Shown here: in pieces, positions 55,370-64,000 of the stretch | Layout of the letters: each line of letters opens with the position of its first letter | Position numbering within the stretch: position 1 is the stretch's first letter | Assembly (NCBI RefSeq): GCF_964204645.1 | Contig: NC_134028.1 | Coordinates: 18,173,653-18,237,652 of the forward strand | DNA length: 64,000 nt | DNA from: Tubulanus polymorphus | Lineage: Eukaryota; Animalia; Nemertea | Direction of reading: 5' to 3' | Notes under the pieces: model-generated | What the model was told of the DNA's origin: nothing | The model's database searches: none | The model's input: the letters and a program-made list of their open reading frames with translations, nothing else | Position numbers and translations under genes: made by a program

Positions 55370-56790
55370 CTATTAGTGTTTTTTAATCTTGTCCTGTGCA
55401 TTGCGATGGCTTCTTCTTTGGGGATTCTTTCTTTGTTTGATGAGAGTCGGTGGTACTGTGATTATTTTTCTTGGCCATCTGCTTCTACGTCCTTGAGTAT
55501 CCTTTTCCAGCAAATGTCGACATATTCTGAAATAAAAAACACTGTTAGCCAACAATGTGTTTGGTAAAATGAATTATTTACATAAGTTCAGTTAATAACT
55601 TGAATATTCACCATAAGTGGCATCAGTCAGTAGTTTCTGCTATGTGTGGGTGTCCTTGTATTTTGGATAGACAATACTATATTTATTGGTCCCATCAATC
55701 TTTGTGCCTGGAATTCTGTCACTATTCTCATTGAAATGTAGGGCAGCTATTTGTAACCTAAGAGAAGACAATATGACAGTCATCGAAAGAGAAGTACAAT
55801 AAGGAATAATACAAATCTTGAGGGCTTAAATGACGGCATTGTATTAATTCCAAATCTTGATTGATATAAGTATTAGCAGGGACATACGTATGAAAAAATA
55901 GAAATCACTCAATTATTATATACTTTGCTTACCTGCTTGTCATTTTATTGTAAGAGAACTGAATCATCTTCTGTGAAGATACTCCAGTTTACTGGTCTGG
56001 CCGTATGGTGACATTATCTTCGGCATTCGGCAACGCTTTAAGCCTTCCAATTCCATTGCATTTGAATTATTTACCTCGTTGGACTAAAAAAATCAATAAC
56101 AAAGATGTATATAAACCGTTCTCTGTTTTAAATTCAGGAAAAAGCAAGATTTTATGGTTCTGACATACCTGAACAAGTTCAAACGCTATCACTTAGTTAG
56201 TTATTAGATCCATCAGAGTGTTACTTCCAAATTTAGCAGAATGACCCATAGAATCGCCACGTCCATCACCAGCAAGCAATCGTGGCCTGGTAATTTGTTG
56301 AAAAGTGCCGATCTACTTGCTTCCCACACTGATGAAACAGCATCGTGAAGATAGTTTTTCTGGTACCGAAAATATGTCCTGGTACTCTGAGCCGCTATAT
56401 TCATGAAACTAAAATTGGATTTACCATTTCATTTATAACTTAAAACAATTATGTTTGATTTGACTGAAGGCATTGTTTTTACTGCAACTTACTTGAACAG
56501 TCGAAAAACTTTTGTGGGCAAACTTCCTGTTAAAAGAACCATGGCACTTAATAAAACATCCAATATAGGAATTCCACGAGCAATTGTCGGTTGGCTGGAT
56601 CATTCAGTAGATTCACCACAATTCAAACAATTTGTTCTGACAGTCAACATTGTTCCTCTTTGCCTCTTCCAAACTTGGTTCTCTCTTCCACAGTGCCGGC
56701 AGTTTTGTAACAGTTGCAGAATTGCTGACTGGAACACAATGATCTTGGTTTGGTCTTTATACAACTTATCCGATTCATCACTGCAATGAT
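55370..56790 (-). pseudogene. Kolobok-type DDE transposase, spliced and degenerate
   Basis: Minus-strand pieces: IVF..ILQLL..CRHC..C; AGDGRGDSMGHSAKFG; TSKLES; RLQIAALHFNEN. Confidence 0.8.
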
Positions 56791-56855
56791 CAATGAAGTT
56801 TTATACAAAAGAAAGGAAAACATCATTCATGATTAAAATATTATACTTCACTAAC

Positions 56856-57265
56856 AGTAATAGGGGTAATGGGCTTTCAAGCCAAAGGTCGAACGGTCGA
56901 GCTCATTAAAAAACAAAACATTAAAAGTAATTTAAAACTATAATATATTTTCATAACCGTGTGTATTTTATATTATAACTAAATATTTATTCTAAGATAT
57001 CAATAATTAAAATTTTAAAAGCATATTATATTAAATCAATTGGTCGCTCCACTTCGCTACCGCTCCGCTTCGCGACCAATTGATTTATTTACAATACACA
57101 AATTCATATAATCAAATATATTTTAATAATAATAATTATTCTATTATTCAACTGAAATACACACGGTTATGAAAATATATTATAGTTTTAAATTACTTTT
57201 AATATTTGTTTTTAATGAACTCGACCATTCAACCTTTAACCTGAAAGCCCATTACCCCTGTTACT
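56856..57265. repeat. ~410-nt imperfect fold-back palindrome at the element terminus
   Basis: 56856-56968 pairs with 57155-57265 (inner 49 bp perfect); 57032-57047 pairs perfectly with 57072-57087; 24-nt loop. Confidence 0.95.
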
Positions 57266-57471
57266 CTTAAAATAATCATGTAAATGAATAACATTTAAAT
57301 TGACAGATTATTCACTATAAAAGTATATATTTACAACTCTATTTCAATATTCATATTTGTGTGAGTTAGATTTTTAAACATTAAAAGTGTTAGTAAAGTG
57401 TGATTGAAATAATGCATGATATAAATCATTGAACTTCTAAAATCTATTTTAATAAAAAATTTAGTATTAAA

Positions 57472-60400
57472 ATGGAAGCAAATAAGTACTACTGCCCAAC
57501 ATGTAATATCAATATAGATAAATCCCAAAAAGCGAGACACAATAAAACTAAAACACATTTAGAGAATAAATTGAAACTAGAATATAAAGATGATATATTA
57601 GAATCTAAATTAGATGAATTAAAGAATGAAAAAGAAACATACAAATGTGATACATGTAATCAATCATTCAGTGATAAAAGATATTATAATGAACATTTAA
57701 AATCTAAAAGTCATATTAGAAATAAGAATAATGATATTTTAGGTAAAGATTATTTTGATAAAGATAATGATAAGAAACAGAAGACAATTAAAAGCATAAA
57801 AAATAAATTAAACAATAAAAGACCATACATGGAAGATGTAAGAAAATATATTAATTCATTAGATAATAAAAAAGTTATAGAGATAACCGAAGCATTTAAA
57901 AGTGATATTGGCCCAGCAGCTATCGAGTTTAAATTTCATAAAGGAAAAACATTAGAAGAAAATAAAAAACATTTAGAAAATATGAAAGAAATAATAAAAA
58001 TAATAACTGATGTTGAATATCCTAAAATAAGTATATCTTCTAAAGTTAAATTCATAAAATCTGAAGATAAACCAATATATAATATAAATCCTCATTCACA
58101 ACATATTATTTCAAAACAACATATAGATGATAAATTAGATACATGTTATAATGAAGTAAAAACTAAAATAGAAGAGAAATATTTTGAAGGATCTGGTTTA
58201 ATATTTGATGAAATACTTTACATGTTTATAACACAAAATATAATAAGTTAACTAAATCGAAACCAATAGATGAAAATAATGTATCATATTATAAAGAACC
58301 AGATATTGAAGCATCGAGTTATATTAAACATCCTGCAACTTATAATATTTGTAGATTAACTCTTTATAAACCATTTGAAAATAATTATAAGATAGATAAG
58401 TATCCTGTTAGAATTAAAAACATCCCAAAGATAGAAAGAGATGATAATTTAAGAATAAATGTATTTGATTTAATCAAATTACCAAATACAAAAGGTAACA
58501 ACATAAAACATTATACATTAGAACCTTTATACCTATCAAAAGATTATGATTCAAATAATGTTATAGATATACTATATTATGAGAATCATTATATGTTGAT
58601 TAAACAAATCGATTTATTTTTTAAATCAGAAAATGATCACCATAAAATATATCTATGTAGAAAATGTTTACATAGATTCAGTAATGAAAGTACATTATTA
58701 AATCATAAACAATTATGTGAAAATCATGATTATTGTAAATTAGTTTTACCAAATGAAAAGGATAAAATATTAGAATTCAAAAAATATGATTACAAAAATA
58801 AAGTACCATTTGTAATATATGGGGATTTTGAATCATTAAATAAAGAACTAACTGATCAAGATAGAAAAGAAATATATTATAAGAGAATGAAATTAAATTC
58901 TAATGAAAATGATTATTCTGAAGAACCACCAATAACAAATACTATTAAAAAGATTCATCAATCAGCTGCAGCTTTCGGGTTATATATTAAATCTGATTAT
59001 CCAGAACTAATTGAAAGTGAATATTATGATTATAGAAATGAAAATGTTATCAATCATTTTTGTGACTTATTAATTGAATATGAAATAAGATTTAGTAAAT
59101 TATTGAATACAAATATAGAAATTATAATGACAGAAGAAGATAAAGAAGAATTTGAGTTTGCAGATAAATGTTATTATTGTGAAAAGATATTTAATTATAA
59201 AGATAAAAAAAGTAAGAGACCATGATCATTTGAATGGAAAGTTTAGAGGCGCAGTGCATGAGAATTGTAACTTACAAGCTAAGAAAATTAACTTTGTACC
59301 AGTTATATTTCATAATCTATCAGGATATGATGCACATTTATTCATCAAACAGTTATGCCATAAAATAGAAGAAATTAATAATGAAATAGAAAGATTAAAT
59401 TCAAATAGATCAAAAGATAAAATACCAACTTATAAATTTAGAATGTTAGCTAAAACATCTGAGAATTATATATCATTCCAATTTGGGTGTTTAAGATTTA
59501 TAGATTCATATAGATTTTTAAATAGTTCATTAGATAACTTATCAAAATCATTAGTTGATGATGAATTAAAGATATTAAAAGAATATTACCCAAATGATGA
59601 TGATTTTCAATTAATGAGATATAAAGGAGCAATTCCATATTCTTTCTATAAAAATCATAATGATTTTAACATAAATGAATTATTGAAAGAACAATTCTAT
59701 GATGAATTAAAAAATGAATATGTTAAAGATGAAGTCTATAATAGAACATTGAATATTTGGAATCATTTCAAAATAGAAAATCATGGGCAATTAGTAGATA
59801 TATATTTAAAATCAGATGTATTATTATTAACCGATATATTCGAAAGGTTTAGAGATGTAAACCTAAAATATTTTAACATTGATCCATGTCATTGTTATTC
59901 ATCACCAGGATTAACATGGGATTGTGGATTAAAATTTACAGGTATAAAAATGGATTTGTTAACAAATATAGATCAATTACTATTATTTGAAAAATCTATA
60001 AGAGGAGGAGTTTCAGGTGTATTAGGTGATAGATATTTCAATGTAAATGATAACCATGGATATAAGTTATTATATATAGATGCAAATAATTTGTATGGTT
60101 GGGCAATGATGGAACCACAACCTTATGGAGTATTTGAATTAACTGAAGTTTTACAGAATGAAAATAATGATAAATTTGATTGGAAGAAAAGAATTCTAGA
60201 TATTGCAGATGATTCAGATACTGGTTACTTCTTTGTTGTAGATTTAGAATATCCTGAAGATAAAAAATTTAAATCTAGAAATCTAGCATACTGCCCCGAA
60301 CATAAAACTGTAACACATGAAGAATTATCAAATTATCAAAAAAGAATTAAACCTGAAAATCATATTCATACAGAAAAGTTAATGGTAACTCAGGAAGATA

Positions 60401-61413
60401 AATATAATTATGTAGTACATTATAGAATGTTAAAGTTTTATCTAAAACAAGGAATGATCCTAAAAAAAGTACATAAATATATTTCATTCAGTCAATCTAA
60501 GTGGTTAGAAAAATATATAGATTTTAACACCAAACAGAGAACTGAAGCTAAAACTGATTTCGAGAAAGATTTCTTCAAACTAATGAATAATGCATTCTAT
60601 GGTAAGACTTGTGAAAATATTAGAAATAGAAATGATATTGAGTTAGTCAGTAATGGTAAAAGAATTAGACATTTACAATCATATCCTAAGTTCATTGGTA
60701 ACAGAATATTTGATGAAAATTTAGCTGCAGTTAAGATGAGAGGAACATCAATGAAATTTAATAAACCAATCTATGTTGGCGCATCAGTTTTAGAATTATC
60801 AAAATTACTAATGTATGAATTCTATTATAATGTATTACAACCACTTTTTGGAGAAAAACATATAGAAATACTATATTTTGATACCGATTCTTACATATTA
60901 AAGATAAAAACTGATAACATAACTGATGATTTAAAAACATTAAAACATCATTTTGATTTCAGTAACTATCCTAAAAATCATGAATTGTTTAGCAATGATA
61001 ATAAAAAAGTTCCAGGGAAGTTTAAGGATGAATTAGGTGGTGAAGAAATGATAGAGTTCATCGGTATTAGATCTAAAATGTATTCATATAAAACTAAAGA
61101 ACATGAAGCTAAAAAGTTAAAGGGAATAACCAAAAGTGTAGTAGAAAAGAATATTCATTTCAAAGATTACATCAATTGTATATTCAATGAAGAAGTTAGA
61201 AAACATAAGATGAGATGTTTAAGATCTGAAGACCATGAAATGTTTATTGAAGAAATTGAAAAGATAAGTCTAAACCCATTTGATGATAAAAGATATATTT
61301 TAGATGATGGAATTCATACAGTTGCTTATGGTTGCAATTTAGATGAATACTTAAAATTTAAAAGAGAAGAAACAAAAGAGAACGAGACAATGAAAAGAAT
61401 TCTAACGTGTTAA
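57472..61413 (+). CDS. polB: Polinton-type family B DNA polymerase (pPolB) with N-terminal C2H2 fingers and an EndoVII/HNH-like insertion; two apparent frameshifts (~58235, ~59210)
   Basis: ExoI YGDFES, ExoII FHNLSGYD, ExoIII YLKSDV, motif A YIDANNLYG, B KLMNNAFYGK, C YFDTDS, KMY; CYYC..VRDHDH..G.FRG..H..CN insertion. 58240-59205 is an open bridging frame. Confidence 0.93.
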
Positions 61414-61442
61414 TCAAATTTTAATAAAAATATGTTATTAAA

Positions 61443-61796
61443 ATGGAGAGTAAACAAACACACAGTGAGAAAAACAAATCATTTCTAGATAGAATAAAAG
61501 ATACTACAAATGTAAAATCTGTAGATTATAAATTCAAAAAGTTAACAGAATTAACAATTCATAAGAAATATCTAATTACAAATATTGATACAGTTACTAA
61601 TAACTATGGAGATAAATTAGTTATGCACTTAGAATATGAAGGATTAAAAGGAAATACACATAAATTCAGAACATATTTACCGGATAGATTTCATAGATTA
61701 TCAAGTGAAGATCTAGAAGAATTATGTTCTGGAGATTTCTATTTCGTATACAAAGGTAAGAATGAAAAGGGGCACCATGAAATAGATTTCGAATAA
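61443..61796 (+). CDS. Small beta-rich hypothetical protein (117 aa) of the Polinton-like element
   Basis: Clean ORF with FKKL.EL....Y.I....V...YG..L...L..TYLP.RF pattern; upstream motif shared with polB. Confidence 0.75.
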   Translation: MESKQTHSEKNKSFLDRIKDTTNVKSVDYKFKKLTELTIHKKYLITNIDTVTNNYGDKLVMHLEYEGLKGNTHKFRTYLPDRFHRLSSEDLEELCSGDFYFVYKGKNEKGHHEIDFE

Positions 61797-61813
61797 GAAA
61801 ATATGTAAAATAA

Positions 61814-62550
61814 ATGGTAGAATTAAAAGAATACAGAATATTTGTTGATTCAAGAAAATTTACAAATTATAAATCTCATAATTTACTAGTACAATTAGAT
61901 AGAGAATTTAAGAATTGTGTTGATTTAAAATTAGTAAATATAAGTTTATGTAATTCTTTTTACAATATAACGGATAAAACTATTGAAGATAATACTTTTT
62001 AATTCATATTGGAAATATAGATAAATGGTTTCATATAATTTTAAAACCAGGATTATATAATTTAGAAACATTAGCTCAAGAAATTAATCGAAGAGCACGG
62101 TTGAAAATTAGAAGAGATGATACATTTTTAATTAGATTTATAAAAAGTGATAGCACAAATAAAATTAAAATAAAGGTATATGATGAAAGTCAACATGCAT
62201 TTATGGTAAAAAAACCTATAGCTAAACTGTTAGGAATTGCACCAGATACTGTTACAGGAAACATAGATGGTAAATCAAATATAATACCTTTTACACACTT
62301 TTATATTTATTGCAATTTAATCGAGCCTACAAAAACATTCGAAGCAACTAAAGAAACAATTTGTAATTCTAGTATATTAAATATTTTACCATTAAAGAAT
62401 GTTAAACAATTTGGAACGCAAATAAATTATAATTTAACAGAATGTGATTTCAAACCATGCATTTCTCAATTTAATAATTTTAGATTAGAAATAAGAAATC
62501 ACAATGGATATTTAATTGATTTGAATAACTTTCCTGTAATTTATGACTAG
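61814..62550 (+). CDS. Putative minor capsid (penton) protein, one frameshift at ~62000
   Basis: ISLCNSFYNI, LKPGLYNLETL..EI, FYIYCNLI, IL.ILP, RLEIRN..G.LIDLN match the Polinton penton pattern when the two ORFs are joined. Confidence 0.7.
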
Positions 62551-62587
62551 TTATAAGATGTAGAGAGTAATTTTTTTCACTATATAA

Positions 62588-62944
62588 ATGAATATAACTG
62601 TTGGGCCGAGTATATGTTTTGGGTTTGATTTTAAACATGAGAAAGAAATGAAATTTAACATTAATGATGTAATTACACATATCAAAAATATTGCATTTTC
62701 TAATGAAACAACATTTGAGTATGAAACAACAATAGATAAAGAAACTTTAAATGTAGAAAAGATTACTAATTTAATTAGAGAATCTTTAAGATTTTATGAA
62801 TTAGATGAAGATTTTATCATCGATGATATTAAAAAAATAATAATTGAAATATATACAAATGAAACTAGTAATGAAATAAATGTTGAATTAATCATAAATA
62901 AGATAACTAAATATTTTGATGATAGTAATTTTTTTGATAAATAA
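62588..62944 (+). CDS. Acidic hypothetical protein (118 aa)
   Basis: ORF abutting its neighbours, preceded by the conserved upstream motif. Confidence 0.65.
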   Translation: MNITVGPSICFGFDFKHEKEMKFNINDVITHIKNIAFSNETTFEYETTIDKETLNVEKITNLIRESLRFYELDEDFIIDDIKKIIIEIYTNETSNEINVELIINKITKYFDDSNFFDK

Positions 62945-63166
62945 ATGAGTGATAATAAGTGGATAATAACTGGATTATATAATGGAGCATTACTATCAGT
63001 TGGAACTGTTGGTTATTCAATGGTATTAAAAAAAGTATTTAAAATGGGAAGTGTTAATATTGATAGATTTGATATAAATGATATTTTAAAATCAACATTA
63101 GCAGTTACTTTATCTAATTTAACTATTGATTATTTGGAAAAACAAAAAGATATTCCTCCCATATAA
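62945..63166 (+). CDS. Small hydrophobic protein (73 aa)
   Basis: ORF with a Gly-rich hydrophobic helix; conserved upstream motif. Confidence 0.7.
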   Translation: MSDNKWIITGLYNGALLSVGTVGYSMVLKKVFKMGSVNIDRFDINDILKSTLAVTLSNLTIDYLEKQKDIPPI

Positions 63167-63190
63167 ATACATAATTATTTTACTAAATAA

Positions 63191-63613
63191 ATGGCTTCTG
63201 CAGTTATAACTATTATAGGATCAGCAATTGTTAACGCTTTAGCATTTACTGGTGGTGGATATTTATTCAAGCATATTGATAAAAATGGTTCATTAACAGA
63301 ACAAAAAAGACATAACTTAGCATTAGAGAAATATAATAAAGCAGCAGAAGAATATAGAGAAAAACGACGAAACTATATGGGTTACATCAATAAAGAATTA
63401 TATGATCAGAAGATTTCACATAGAGATTTTGAATCAGTTGATGATGCAATGAGTTTATATAACGCGGTAACAAATAAAGAAAAATTACATCTACATAAAC
63501 CTACAATATCAGATTATTATACCCCAAGTAATGAACAACAGAAATATGAAATAATATGGATTTTAGGCGGAACTGTTATTGTTATATTTGTTGCTTATAA
63601 GTTTACTAATTAG
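63191..63613 (+). CDS. Putative membrane/coiled-coil protein (140 aa)
   Basis: Hydrophobic N-terminus, EQKRHNLALEKY helical region, C-terminal TM-like segment IIWILGGTVIVIFVAY. Confidence 0.75.
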   Translation: MASAVITIIGSAIVNALAFTGGGYLFKHIDKNGSLTEQKRHNLALEKYNKAAEEYREKRRNYMGYINKELYDQKISHRDFESVDDAMSLYNAVTNKEKLHLHKPTISDYYTPSNEQQKYEIIWILGGTVIVIFVAYKFTN

Positions 63614-63632
63614 TAATTTTTTTGCTAAATTA

Positions 63633-64000
63633 ATGGAAGATAAAGTTGATAATATTGATATTATTCCTCACGATATAAATAAAACTAAATTAAAAATATA
63701 TTTAGAAAAACAAATATTAGAATTTGAAAGTGACTTAAAGATAAGAAAGATAAAATATTTAAAAAGTAAAATTATATATTATTTGATTATAAGTGGTTCG
63801 GTTACAATTAGTTCTGTAATAACATTTCTAGCAATATTCAGTCCATTAACACCTTTAGCTATATCAATTGGTGTATTAGGATTAAGTTCAAGTGTTTTAA
63901 CTGGTATAAGTTCAAAATTAAATATAAAAATTAATAAAGAAAAAATTAAAACTAATATAAAAGAAATTAATAAATTAAAGAATACACTAGATTATATAAT
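63633..64000 (+). CDS. Partial ORF, putative two-TM membrane protein
   Basis: MEDKVDNID..IIYYLIISGSVTISSVITFLAIF..LAISIGVLGLSSSVLTGI..; open to the window end; same upstream motif. Absent from the ORF track because it has no stop in the window. Confidence 0.72.
   Translation, partial: MEDKVDNIDIIPHDINKTKLKIYLEKQILEFESDLKIRKIKYLKSKIIYYLIISGSVTISSVITFLAIFSPLTPLAISIGVLGLSSSVLTGISSKLNIKINKEKIKTNIKEINKLKNTLDYI

Larger units (their letters stand above)
53860..56855. mobile_element. Kolobok-superfamily DNA transposon, decayed, interrupted by the Polinton-like element
   Basis: TTAA|AGG terminus; convergent Cys-rich P2X7-ballast-like gene (+) and spliced DDE transposase (-). Confidence 0.75.
62567..63635 (+). 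promoter_or_regulatory. Conserved upstream motif TAATTWTTTT-N2-3-TAWA-TWA-ATG before four consecutive ORFs
   Basis: Instances at 62568, 62926, 63172 and 63614, each starting 19-20 nt before the ATG. Confidence 0.7.
56856..64000 (+). mobile_element. Polinton/Maverick-like endogenous virus, left part (runs off the window)
   Basis: Abrupt shift to much more AT-rich DNA with intronless, densely packed + strand ORFs; begins AGT; pPolB and penton-like genes. Confidence 0.9.

Noticed and set aside
57472-58251. Stand-alone host C2H2 zinc-finger gene
   Set aside because: It continues through a single homopolymer frameshift into the polymerase and ends with the GSG motif typical of Polinton pPolB N-termini.
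56856-64000. Contaminant contig or bacterial/phage DNA
   Set aside because: The gene content is Polinton-type and the junction falls cleanly at an AGT terminus within a host transposon; read-level confirmation is still desirable.

Overview
AT-rich, repeat-dense animal (invertebrate-type) genomic DNA, not prokaryotic. The backbone is a + strand cadherin-repeat gene with 10 recognisable, phase-compatible exons (7838-53505) that begins before and continues beyond the window. Its introns are filled with nested mobile elements: a decayed CACTA/EnSpm transposon, Gypsy and BEL/Pao LTR remnants, an L2/CR1-type LINE, a Penelope fragment with a minimal hammerhead ribozyme, several Helentron-like non-autonomous families, piggyBac/Harbinger/Tc1/IS3EU-type MITEs, a 31-bp satellite and a Kolobok transposon. 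The standout is the left ~7.1 kb (56856-64000) of a very AT-rich Polinton/Maverick-like endogenous virus inserted in the Kolobok transposase. It encodes a protein-primed-type family B DNA polymerase, a penton-like protein and small membrane ORFs. It starts with a ~410-nt fold-back palindrome whose mismatches favour folding of the 3'-terminal (minus) strand, and its genes are preceded by two classes of conserved, fixed-distance upstream motifs. All family assignments come from motif recognition by eye; no database searches were run.
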